NCBI GenBank assembly: GCA_051382295.1
Contig: JBBCAW010000026.1
Span: 1 to 26,420, forward strand
DNA length: 26,420 nt
DNA from: Bdellovibrionota bacterium FG-1
Lineage (GTDB): Bacteria; Bdellovibrionota; UBA1018
Direction: 5' to 3'
Shown: positions 1-8,869 of the stretch, in pieces
Layout of the letters: each line of letters starts with the position of its first letter
Position numbering within the stretch: the first letter of the stretch is position 1
Notes under the pieces: generated by a model
The model's database searches: none
What the model was told of the DNA's origin: nothing
Seen by the model: the letters and a program-made list of their open reading frames with translations, nothing else
Translations under genes and position numbers: made by a program

Positions 1-70
1 CTACAGTCAGTTTTGCCTCGATAACAAAGTATGAACTAAAAGCTACGGCCGTGACCTCGGTGGTTACCTG

Positions 71-1285
71 GTGAGAAGAAAATATCTTCGTCACGTTGGG
101 CAGTGTGAGGCGCGGCGCCAAATTTTTCCGATCCTTTATCTGCTCATGTACCGCCCCCTCTTGGCGGAAATCGCAGTGCGGGCTAAAGCCGAGGAGCGAT
201 TCCGAACAATCTTTGAATCAAGCCCCTATGCCCTCCTTGCCATTGTGGATGACGCAGGAATCATCACGTTGGTCAATCATCAGGCAGAGGAAGTATTTGG
301 GTATCCCTCCAACGAGTTAATTGGGAAAAACATTGACCTTCTTGTCCCTGAGCGTTTTCGGGCAAAACACTCCGAGGAACGGGATAAGTATATGTTGGCA
401 CCGACTAAGAGACAATTAGGCATCGGGCGTGACCTCTTAGGGCTTCACAAGGATGGGCATGAGGTGCCTGTGGAAATCGCCCTCACCCCCATCAATACAA
501 AAGGAGGCACGCTAATATTGACCACTGTCACTGATATCAGTAAGCGAAAGGCTCTTGAGCAACAGCGGGATGACGCCCTTAAAGCTAGAGAAGAATTGGT
601 GGCAGTCGTCTCCCACGAAATCAGGAATCCACTGACTAGCATTATGACAGGAATTCAGGTGGTCCATAGGATGATGCCAAAAACCTATGAGCGGAAAGAA
701 AAAATAGAAACTCAGCTTGGGCAAATTGGTAACGCAGCCAATCGGATGACGAAGATCACCTCGGATCTTCTTGATGTCACCCGAATTGAAGCAGGCGTCC
801 TGAGGATCGACCCGCTGCCGACTGATGTAATAACCCTTGTTCAAGAGGTCGTTGCACAATTTCAGTCAGTTGCTCAAAAGAAGGGCGTCAATCTTGAGAT
901 GAAGACCCCCACGAGCTTGCAGGATTTGGTCTGTGACCGTGATCGAATCATACAGGTGCTCTCCAACCTTGTTGGTAACGCCATCAAATTTACTGAGACG
1001 GGTGGGTCAGTGGTGATTGAAGCTCGTGAACAAAAGGAAGAACTCTGTCTTCAGGTGAGAGACACAGGAGCAGGGATTCCACAAGAAGAGATTAGTCATG
1101 TTTTTGAAAGGTTTTGGCAGGCAAAGCACACTCAGTACCTCGGCTCGGGTTTGGGGTTATATATTGCAAAAAATATTGTGGTGGCCCATGGCGGAAAAAT
1201 CGAGGTTACAAGCAAGGTGGGTGCAGGTAGCACGTTTGCCTTCACCATGCCGCTTGCCAAAGCTAGCCTCGATGAGGCGGCATAA
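71..1285 (+). CDS. PAS-domain sensor histidine kinase (PAS-HisKA-HATPase_c); start uncertain (ATG 146 possible)
   Basis: PAS ([38 protein letters not shown]), H-box [10 protein letters not shown]-box [11 protein letters not shown]1 DTGAGIP, F-box VFERFWQ, G2 GSGLGL. In-frame stop at 32-34 upstream. Confidence 0.93.
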   Translation: MRRKYLRHVGQCEARRQIFPILYLLMYRPLLAEIAVRAKAEERFRTIFESSPYALLAIVDDAGIITLVNHQAEEVFGYPSNELIGKNIDLLVPERFRAKHSEERDKYMLAPTKRQLGIGRDLLGLHKDGHEVPVEIALTPINTKGGTLILTTVTDISKRKALEQQRDDALKAREELVAVVSHEIRNPLTSIMTGIQVVHRMMPKTYERKEKIETQLGQIGNAANRMTKITSDLLDVTRIEAGVLRIDPLPTDVITLVQEVVAQFQSVAQKKGVNLEMKTPTSLQDLVCDRDRIIQVLSNLVGNAIKFTETGGSVVIEAREQKEELCLQVRDTGAGIPQEEISHVFERFWQAKHTQYLGSGLGLYIAKNIVVAHGGKIEVTSKVGAGSTFAFTMPLAKASLDEAA

Positions 1286-1316
1286 AACGCCGCTGTTGCA
1301 AGGGTGGCGCCCTCCC

Positions 1317-1724
1317 CTACTTCTGCACCTCTCCACACTCGAGCATCTGCTTGCCATAATACGGATTACGAATCGGGCCACTCCTTTGCAGCCACGATGC
1401 GTGGGCCATGGGACAAATCACTCGATCGATCCCCATGGGTTTTGCGGTTTCCGCCCAGTTAGTCATGAGCGCCGAAAGCTCTTTGAAATGAGCCCGCGCG
1501 TCTTCAATCGAGATATTCTTCCTCATGCCTTCAGCCGATTTCTGAAGCTTGCCGTCCTTCGTGTTTTTAATTAAATCGAGCGCCGCTACGGATACCTCAG
1601 TCATCGAGTCATTTGCCAGCGCCTCTTGAATCCGGAGGTACGCCGCTAGCCCGTCATCCGATGATTTGGCAAATGCAGATCCCGTTAGCAAAAGACCCAA
1701 AAGCAACATCAAATAAACCTTCAT
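1317..1724 (-). CDS. DUF3347-like periplasmic metal-binding protein, last gene of the cus-like operon
   Basis: Signal peptide; YLRIQEALAND helix; C-terminal CPMA..WLQ...IRNPYYG.QMLECG motif; ATGA overlap with the cusA stop. Confidence 0.8.
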   Translation of the reverse strand: MKVYLMLLLGLLLTGSAFAKSSDDGLAAYLRIQEALANDSMTEVSVAALDLIKNTKDGKLQKSAEGMRKNISIEDARAHFKELSALMTNWAETAKPMGIDRVICPMAHASWLQRSGPIRNPYYGKQMLECGEVQK

Positions 1725-4700
1725 ACCGCTTCTCCTTTATTCATTTCAAAATGCCACTTCCAGATCGTAAAAATGGCCGGATAAACCAAGAGTTCCATGG
1801 CAAATGAAGTGATAATCCCACCCAACATCGGGGCCGCAATTCGTTTCATCACATCGGCACCGGCGTTTGCCGTACTCGACCACATAATAGGCAGAATCGC
1901 CATGACCAGACAAGCCACCGTCATCACTTTGGGACGAAAACGCTTCACTGCACCATGATAAACCGCCTCACGGAGATCGGAAAAAGACCGCATCTGACCC
2001 GACTTTTTAGCCCCTTCGTACGCGATATCTAAATACAAGAGCATAAAAATACCCGTCTCCGCATCCACCCCCATGAGCGCTATCAGCCCCACCCACACAG
2101 CGATGCTCATATTGTATCCCAATAACCAAAGGAGCCACACCGCACCCACGGCCGAAAATGGAACGGCCAAAAGAACAATCGCCGTTTTCGGCCAAGACTT
2201 CGTGTTGGCATAAAGGAGCAGGATCACAATAAAAAGGGTGATCGGAACAATGACTTTGAGCTTTTCTCGGACCCTCATCATGTTTTCGTATTGACCGCTC
2301 CAAGAGAGCGCTATCCCGGTTGGGACTTTGAGCTTGGAAGCCACGAGTTTTTTGGCCTCCTCCACATAACTCCCAATGTTCCGGTCAGCTACGTCGATAT
2401 AGACATAACTCGAAAGCATCCCGTTCTCATTGCGCAACATTGCGGGTCCACTCACCATCTCCAAGTCAGCCACCTCACCCATCGGGATATGCGCCCCGTT
2501 AGGGGTGGCAATCAACACGTGCCTCAAAGAATCGATATTGCTTCTAAAATCACGAGAATACCGCACACTAATCGTATAACGCTCGCGGCCCTCCACCGTC
2601 GTCGAAACAGGATCACCGCCCACCGCAACCATGAGAGATTCTTGAGCCTGGGCAATACTAATCCCGTAGCGCGCCAATTTTTCTCGATTGAAATTAAAGT
2701 CCAAAAAGTACCCGCCCCCGGCGCGCTCCGCATAAACACTTCGCGTCCCTTTCACCGACGGCAGTAGCTGTTCGAGCTCGACCCCTACCCTTTCGAGTTG
2801 ATCCAGATTGGCGCCCATGATTTTGATGCCAACCGGAGTGCGAATGCCCGTAGTCAGCATATCAATGCGGTTTTGGATCGGCATCGTCCAGGCATTAGTC
2901 GTTCCTGGAAATTTTGTCTGCGCGTCGAGTTCTGCTACAAGCTCATCCCAGCTCATAAATCGCGGCCAAATCAACGTCAAAGGCCATTGCATGAACCTCG
3001 GTAAAAACGAGTACCAACGTTTCGCCTCCCGCCACTGCCCCTGTGGCTTAAGGACGATCGTCGTCTCCATCATCGAAAACGGAGCGGGGTCGGTCGACGT
3101 CTCAGCGCGACCCGCTTTCCCAAAAACTCTTTCGACCTCTGGAAAAGATTTGATGATCCGGTCTTGTTTCTGGAGCAGGTTTTGCGCCTCCCTCACCGAA
3201 ATACCCGGCAGCGTCGTCGGCATATAAAGAAGGGTACCCTCGTTCAGCGGGGGCATAAACTCCGAGCCAATCTGGAAATAGATCGGAATCGTAAGAATCA
3301 TCACGACAAGCGCACCCAGCACGACCCGAATACGATGATCAACTACCCAGTGCAAAACCGGTCCATAGTACTTAAAGAAGAATTGACTGATCGGATGATC
3401 GTCCTCGGAGCGGGTCTTTCCAACCAGCACCGCATTTTGAACTTTGGCGAGCCACCGGGGTTTAAAATCCTTGACCGAAAAATAACTCAAACTCACCCGA
3501 ATGGCCGGATCAAGCGTAATGGCAAGAAAGGCCGCCACTAACATCGAGAAATTTTTGGTAAAGGCGAGCGGCTTAAAAAGTTTCCCCTCTTGGGCTTCAA
3601 GCGCAAAGATGGGAATGAAGCTCACAGCGATGACGAGCAAGGAGTAGAAGCTCGCGGGTCCGACTTCCTTGATGGCGGCAATAATCACCTCTTTGACGTC
3701 CCCTTGCCTGCCGTTTTTCTCCCATGCCTCGATATGCTTGTGTGAGTTCTCTACGACAACGATTGCCGCATCCACCATCGCGCCAATGGCAATGGCAATA
3801 CCCCCCAGACTCATGATGTTGGTCGAGATCCCCAAAAAGTGCATAGGGATGAAACTAATGAGCACAGCCAATGGCAAGGTCACGATAGGGATCATCGCAC
3901 TCGGAATGTGCATCAAGAACACCAGGATCACTAAACTCACAATGATCATTTCAAGGGTTAGCTCATGCTTGAGGGTCCCGACCGCCCGGTAAATCAAGTC
4001 GGATCGATCATAGGTCGTGACCAGCTCTACGCCGGGAGGGAGCGATGATTTCAATTCCTTGAGTTTTGCCTTTACGGCGTTAATGACGCGAGTGGCGTTT
4101 TCGCCGTATCTCATGACGATGATTCCACCGACCGTATCCCCCTCCCCGTCCAAATCCGCAATGCCACGCCTGATTTCTGGGCCTGTCGTCACGTGCGCGA
4201 TGTTTTTGATGTAAATGGGAGTTCCGTTTTCATAGCCCAGCACAATATTTTCGAGGTCGTGAATATTTTTAGCATAACCACGCCCGCGAATCATATATTC
4301 AGACCCCGATACCTCCAAGAGGCGGGCGCCGACCTCGTTATTTCCTTCTTTGATCGCCTGGGCTACTTTTTGAATCGGAATTTTATAGGCGAGCAAGGCG
4401 TTGGGATTAATCTGCACCTGATATTGTTTCTGAAAACCTCCAATGGAAGCAACCTCAGCGACCCCCGGAACCGATTGCAAATGAAAACGAAGATTCCAAT
4501 CTTGAAGCGTTCGTAAATCAGCCAGCGAATGCTTCCCACTCTTATCGACGAGCGCATACTGGTAGACCCACCCTACCCCTGTAGCGTCAGGTCCCATTTC
4601 GGTTTTTACCCCTTGGGGGAGCTGTGGCGTAATTTTTGACAGGTATTCAAGCGTCCGAGAGCGCGCCCAATAAGGATCCGTTCCATCTTGAAAGATGACA

Positions 4701-4978
4701 TAAACGTAAGAAAATCCAAAGTCAGAGAAGCCGCGAATATCCTTGACCTTGGGTGCCCCAAGCATCGAGCTGATGATCGGATAGGTGACCTGGTCCTCGA
4801 TAATATCAGGCGAGCGATCCCACCGCGAATAAATGATCACTTGGGTGTCGGATAAGTCAGGAATGGCATCGACTGGAATAGCTTGAAGCGAAAACCATCC
4901 CGCTATGGCCGCTACTCCCACGAGAAGAAAAACCAAAAAACGATTCCGCGCTGAAAAGTCGATCACTTTTTCAAGCAT
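1721..4978 (-). CDS. cusA: CusA/SilA-family heavy-metal RND efflux permease (Cu(I)/Ag(I))
   Basis: Start reset to MLEKVIDFS at 4978 (AGGAG SD upstream). DAIPDLSDTQVII; NIMSLGGIAIAIGAMVDAAIVVVEN; equivalents of the CusA Met triad in LLYMP, FSMMET and RIDML. Confidence 0.95.
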   Translation of the reverse strand: MLEKVIDFSARNRFLVFLLVGVAAIAGWFSLQAIPVDAIPDLSDTQVIIYSRWDRSPDIIEDQVTYPIISSMLGAPKVKDIRGFSDFGFSYVYVIFQDGTDPYWARSRTLEYLSKITPQLPQGVKTEMGPDATGVGWVYQYALVDKSGKHSLADLRTLQDWNLRFHLQSVPGVAEVASIGGFQKQYQVQINPNALLAYKIPIQKVAQAIKEGNNEVGARLLEVSGSEYMIRGRGYAKNIHDLENIVLGYENGTPIYIKNIAHVTTGPEIRRGIADLDGEGDTVGGIIVMRYGENATRVINAVKAKLKELKSSLPPGVELVTTYDRSDLIYRAVGTLKHELTLEMIIVSLVILVFLMHIPSAMIPIVTLPLAVLISFIPMHFLGISTNIMSLGGIAIAIGAMVDAAIVVVENSHKHIEAWEKNGRQGDVKEVIIAAIKEVGPASFYSLLVIAVSFIPIFALEAQEGKLFKPLAFTKNFSMLVAAFLAITLDPAIRVSLSYFSVKDFKPRWLAKVQNAVLVGKTRSEDDHPISQFFFKYYGPVLHWVVDHRIRVVLGALVVMILTIPIYFQIGSEFMPPLNEGTLLYMPTTLPGISVREAQNLLQKQDRIIKSFPEVERVFGKAGRAETSTDPAPFSMMETTIVLKPQGQWREAKRWYSFLPRFMQWPLTLIWPRFMSWDELVAELDAQTKFPGTTNAWTMPIQNRIDMLTTGIRTPVGIKIMGANLDQLERVGVELEQLLPSVKGTRSVYAERAGGGYFLDFNFNREKLARYGISIAQAQESLMVAVGGDPVSTTVEGRERYTISVRYSRDFRSNIDSLRHVLIATPNGAHIPMGEVADLEMVSGPAMLRNENGMLSSYVYIDVADRNIGSYVEEAKKLVASKLKVPTGIALSWSGQYENMMRVREKLKVIVPITLFIVILLLYANTKSWPKTAIVLLAVPFSAVGAVWLLWLLGYNMSIAVWVGLIALMGVDAETGIFMLLYLDIAYEGAKKSGQMRSFSDLREAVYHGAVKRFRPKVMTVACLVMAILPIMWSSTANAGADVMKRIAAPMLGGIITSFAMELLVYPAIFTIWKWHFEMNKGEAV

Positions 4979-4992
4979 ACTTAATCTCCTCG

Positions 4993-6105
4993 TTAATCCG
5001 GCATGCACATCAACATAGGAACATCCCAGTGCTGACCTTTCGCACAAGTGGGCAAGGAGGGAGCGATCGCTTTCAATCTCGATTCTGAATCGATGAGGAA
5101 ATTAGCACTCGTGACGATCTTCTCACCACCCGAAAGGCCCGTGGCGATCGCGACGTCATCTCCCGCCTGGAACTTGACCGTCACCACCCGCGGAATAAAC
5201 TGACCTTTGTCGCCGACGAGAAAAACCCAAGCTTGTTTGCCCGTATCCAGAACCGCGTCAAAGGGCACTGTGACTTGCAGGCCCAATGGAACCAGGATCG
5301 TGACATCAACGTAGGATTCTGGCCGCATCAGAGTCGCGCCTTGCTGAACAAGAATGCGCACCTTAGCCGTGCGCGTCGTAGGATTAATGACCCGATCGAC
5401 CGAGGCCACCTTACCTACCAACCTATTGCCACCTAAAAAACTTGCGGTCATTTCGGCGGAAAGACCGGGCCGTAAATTGGAAAGATCCATTTCGTAAACG
5501 TCGGCGTAAACCCAGACCTGACTTCCGGGTTTATTGATCAGGAGATTTGAATCCGCAGGCCCGCTCGCACTCATTCCAGAGATTTGAAGATCCGAAAGGC
5601 CCAGAATCTTAAGTCGTAACTTTGCTGACTGAACCATCCGCTCAGCCGAATGCTGAACATCCACGAGAGCCGAGTCCTTGACTCGCTCCAGCTGACGGAT
5701 TGCCTCAGTGTACTCGTTTTGTGCCGTATACAATTCAGGATCAAACGCCAACCTCCCCGCCGCACGAATGGATTTAAAGAGGGGCTTTTTTTCGGCAATG
5801 CCTGTTTTAACTCCAATCATTTGACTTCGTTCGGCCGATAGAGAAAAAGCCGCGTGCGCTTCTGGAACCCCACCCAGAGGAGTGTTGACCTGAGATTTAT
5901 TCCCGCCCTCGACTTTGACGAGGTTCATACCGCAGATGGGACACTGGCCGGGACCTTCTTTATGAATCTGAGGGTGCATGGAACAAGTCCAGACCTCTTT
6001 TTGAACAAGTTGCGCGCCTGGGTTTGGCGAATGAGAAGTGCATCCGGACATAAAAGCAAACAATCCCGCAAAAACGAAAAAAAGAATAAAACCGAGCCTG
6101 TTCAT
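4993..6105 (-). CDS. cusB: CusB-like RND periplasmic adaptor with N-terminal heavy-metal-binding domain
   Basis: Lipoprotein-like N-terminus (MSGC); WTCSMHPQI...PGQCPICGMNL; VWVYADVYE, TRTAKVRI, GL..GEKIVTSANFLIDSES. Confidence 0.92.
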   Translation of the reverse strand: MNRLGFILFFVFAGLFAFMSGCTSHSPNPGAQLVQKEVWTCSMHPQIHKEGPGQCPICGMNLVKVEGGNKSQVNTPLGGVPEAHAAFSLSAERSQMIGVKTGIAEKKPLFKSIRAAGRLAFDPELYTAQNEYTEAIRQLERVKDSALVDVQHSAERMVQSAKLRLKILGLSDLQISGMSASGPADSNLLINKPGSQVWVYADVYEMDLSNLRPGLSAEMTASFLGGNRLVGKVASVDRVINPTTRTAKVRILVQQGATLMRPESYVDVTILVPLGLQVTVPFDAVLDTGKQAWVFLVGDKGQFIPRVVTVKFQAGDDVAIATGLSGGEKIVTSANFLIDSESRLKAIAPSLPTCAKGQHWDVPMLMCMPD

Positions 6106-7376
6106 AAACTGCCCCCAAATGGAAGATTACTCAAAGAAACCCCCGCTAGCTCTTCGAGGCGTGCCAAATTATCCGCATATTGCGCGAGATTTCGATAAAA
6201 AGCGATGCGGGTTTCATAAAGCGAACGCTCGCTGTCCAGAAGTTCAAGAAAACTAGTCCGACCCGCGAGGTAGGCACCACGAGAAGAATTGAGCACACTT
6301 GTAGCCTGGGGGATGAGCGCGGTTTGGTAGATTTGAAGGAGCTTTTCCCGAGAGCCCACCTTGGCCGTAAAGGACCGGATATCAGCCTGGAGGTTAAGTA
6401 TGGTTTTGTCGAGATTTCTCTCAGCTTCAAGTTGGTGGGCTGAGGCCTGCGCGACCTCGCTCGTTTGTTTGGCAAAAAACCAGAGGGGAATGGAGAGTTC
6501 AATACTTGCGGCATAGGCATTGTCCGGCGCATTTCCAAAGGCGCGGCGGTAAGACAGCATGAAATCGGGGGCGTAGCCCCAAAGTGCGACCGACTTTCGG
6601 GTTCCAGCCTCATCCACTAAATGCTCACCTTGCTGGACGCGCTTGGCGTTGGAATGGGCGAGAGCCGGAACTTGATCCAGAGCTACGTTCAGCTTAGGCA
6701 CTAAAAGTTCCTGGGCCGGGAGTTGAATGGGTTCCGCCGCATTCTGACCCAGAACAGCACCGAGCATGCCCTCCATGGTGCTGCGCTCCTCCTGCGCCAC
6801 GAGGAGTTCCATTTCAATCTTGGTCTGCTCGACATGGGCCTTCATCTCATCCTGTTGGGGTACCGCTCCCGTGGCATGACGGGATTCGGCCGCCCGCGCG
6901 ACCTCTCGAAGGGTCTCGCGTTGGGCTTGAAGGAGCGCTAGAATTCGATCCATCGTAAAAAGGTTGTAATATCCTGCGATCACCTTTTGTCTGATCTCGA
7001 GTTTTTTTGCATCGAATTCTGAATCCGCGCTCCGGGCGCGCGCGCGCTGAGCCGCGCCCATCAAAAAGTATTTTGCTGGAAATTTCACTTCTTGGCTCAC
7101 CGACCACATGTTCATCGGACCCATTTGCTGCTCCATGAAATTGAGACCGCTCTCATGCATCAGACCTATTTTGGGATTTTCCAAAGAATACTGCAATCGG
7201 ATGGCTGAATGCTCGGCATCGGCCGTTGCGATGGAAGCACCGAGTTCAGGATTGGCGCCTAGCGCGCGGGAGAGCGCTTTTTCAAGGGAAAGAGCGGGTT
7301 CATTTGCCTGAGCCGTCTCGGCCAAGAATAAGAGCGCACTTACGTTCAAAAACAAAAGTAGAACGAATGTTTTCAT
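6102..7376 (-). CDS. TolC/CusC-family outer-membrane channel
   Basis: Start reset to MKTFVLLL at 7376 (AAGGA SD). Signal peptide; OEP repeats (LSLEKALSRALGANP, LSIPLWF, AYLAGRTSFLELLD); ATGA overlap with cusB. Confidence 0.9.
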   Translation of the reverse strand: MKTFVLLLFLNVSALLFLAETAQANEPALSLEKALSRALGANPELGASIATADAEHSAIRLQYSLENPKIGLMHESGLNFMEQQMGPMNMWSVSQEVKFPAKYFLMGAAQRARARSADSEFDAKKLEIRQKVIAGYYNLFTMDRILALLQAQRETLREVARAAESRHATGAVPQQDEMKAHVEQTKIEMELLVAQEERSTMEGMLGAVLGQNAAEPIQLPAQELLVPKLNVALDQVPALAHSNAKRVQQGEHLVDEAGTRKSVALWGYAPDFMLSYRRAFGNAPDNAYAASIELSIPLWFFAKQTSEVAQASAHQLEAERNLDKTILNLQADIRSFTAKVGSREKLLQIYQTALIPQATSVLNSSRGAYLAGRTSFLELLDSERSLYETRIAFYRNLAQYADNLARLEELAGVSLSNLPFGGSL

Positions 7377-7543
7377 TAAAAAGTCCTTATAATACAAACA
7401 CCTATATCGTATACAGAGTTCTTCATTACGGGTGGTTTGGGGGCGTTCCTAGAAATCAATACGCATACCCCACGACGTTTGTGACACCGCAGCCAAAAAC
7501 AACTGGAACACTCAAAGAGTTCTCAGTCTTACTTCAACGATGT

Positions 7544-7571
7544 TTGACTTCTGCTAAGGTAATGGTACCTT
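7544..7571 (+). promoter_or_regulatory. Putative sigma70 promoter of the parA-rep operon
   Basis: TTGACT (7544-7549), 16-nt spacer ending in TGG, then TACCTT (7566-7571; extended -10), 35 nt before ATG 7607. Confidence 0.45.
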
Positions 7572-7606
7572 TTAACAAAGAACCCTTGCAACAAGGGGAA
7601 GGCTAT

Positions 7607-8869
7607 ATGAATACCACTTCAGAGACTCAGGGAACCGAACTCTTAGTACAAGCAGCAAACATCCATCAAACCCTTCAAGAGCCCCTTATTCCGGTGGTCG
7701 CTCCTGAACCTGCACCGAGTGTGAGCACTTATGACCCGCCTATTTCCAGGAAACTCATGGAAGGGCTCTGTGGATTAAGTACAAACACTCTCATCAAGTA
7801 TGAGATGGAGGGGGTGATTCACCCCTTTAAAGTGAAGTACGGCGGCCTAGAAATCGTGACCTATAAGGTGACCGATGTGCAGGCTGTGTTTAAAAAGCGC
7901 GGGGTGAGCTTCCGGAAACGTGCGTCGGCTGAAGTGATTTCGATTTTTTCTCAAAAGGGCGGCGTAGGCAAATCTGCTTTTGCTCAGCATCTGGGGGCTT
8001 TGCTTTCAATGGTGGGAAAGGTCTTGGTCATTGACCTGGACTCTCAGAGCGATGTGACCTCTTTGTTTGGGTTAAATGTTAAGTTTTCTGACCTAGTGGC
8101 CGAGGATGCTGAACTTGACCCGACGATTGCGGAGCTCATGGACTGGAAACTCAAAAACGGTCAAGAGTCCCCCTATCGTAAAATCGCCTTTCAGGATGTC
8201 GTCAAAAAGATCAGCCCCACCCTTCACGTCATTCCGGCTGATCTCGACTTGGGCGAAATCAATTATAGCCTGAACCGACTCGACCTTGAGGATAAGATTG
8301 ACGCAGAGGGTAACATTCGGCCGGCCATCCTTTATATGATTAAAGACGTGATCGACAGCATCAAAGATCAGTACGACTTTGTTTTGTTTGACTGTCCGCC
8401 CAATATCGAGACCTGTAACGTCAATGCGCTTTTTGCCTCCAATCGGATTATTGTTCCGCTTGAGCTTGAAGCCAAGTGCCTAAAGACGATGCGCCGGAAT
8501 GAGGATTTTCTTAACCGTCTCAAAACCCTTCATCCAGGGTTTCAATGGGACAAGATCCTGGTGGTTCCCAACAAGTTTCGGCGCGAAAATATTAAAATTA
8601 AGGCTCTCGCCAAACTTCAAGACATCTACTTCGACCGCGAAGATGTTCAACTTTCGCAGGCCGTATTTCCAAATGGCGCCATTATTGACCGATGCTCAGA
8701 GGCCCGCGAGCCGGTTTTTGTGGCGGCGACCCGCTATGGCAAAGAGTTTAAAACCGGCGTCCCACAGGCGAAGGAGTTTACCGACCTTTTTTGGGTCGTG
8801 ATGCATGAAATTTTAGATCTTCCCATTGAACGACTTGTTTTCTCTGAACAGCAAAACATGGAGGCTTAA
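7607..8869 (+). CDS. parA: ParA/SopA-family partition ATPase with N-terminal MerR-like HTH (type Ia-like)
   Basis: Start reset to ATG 7607 (AAGGGGAAGG upstream). Deviant Walker A QKGGVGKS, A' KVLVIDLDSQ, Walker B YDFVLFDCPP; N-terminal LCGLSTNTLIKYEMEGVIHP resembles the HTH of plasmid ParA/RepA proteins. Confidence 0.93.
   Translation: MNTTSETQGTELLVQAANIHQTLQEPLIPVVAPEPAPSVSTYDPPISRKLMEGLCGLSTNTLIKYEMEGVIHPFKVKYGGLEIVTYKVTDVQAVFKKRGVSFRKRASAEVISIFSQKGGVGKSAFAQHLGALLSMVGKVLVIDLDSQSDVTSLFGLNVKFSDLVAEDAELDPTIAELMDWKLKNGQESPYRKIAFQDVVKKISPTLHVIPADLDLGEINYSLNRLDLEDKIDAEGNIRPAILYMIKDVIDSIKDQYDFVLFDCPPNIETCNVNALFASNRIIVPLELEAKCLKTMRRNEDFLNRLKTLHPGFQWDKILVVPNKFRRENIKIKALAKLQDIYFDREDVQLSQAVFPNGAIIDRCSEAREPVFVAATRYGKEFKTGVPQAKEFTDLFWVVMHEILDLPIERLVFSEQQNMEA

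Noticed and set aside
1286..1316. Hairpin between the convergent kinase and DUF3347 genes as a terminator
   Set aside because: Imperfect stem and no clear U-tract on the plus strand; plausible but unsupported.
7424..7490. Remnant of a small Pro-rich gene (..FLGTPPNHP*) upstream of tolC
   Set aside because: Too short and interrupted by a stop; it cannot be supported without homology evidence.
7226..7606. 127-aa N-terminal extension of ParA in the ORF track
   Set aside because: It overlaps the divergent tolC start and promoter region; ATG 7607 has a good SD and an upstream promoter.
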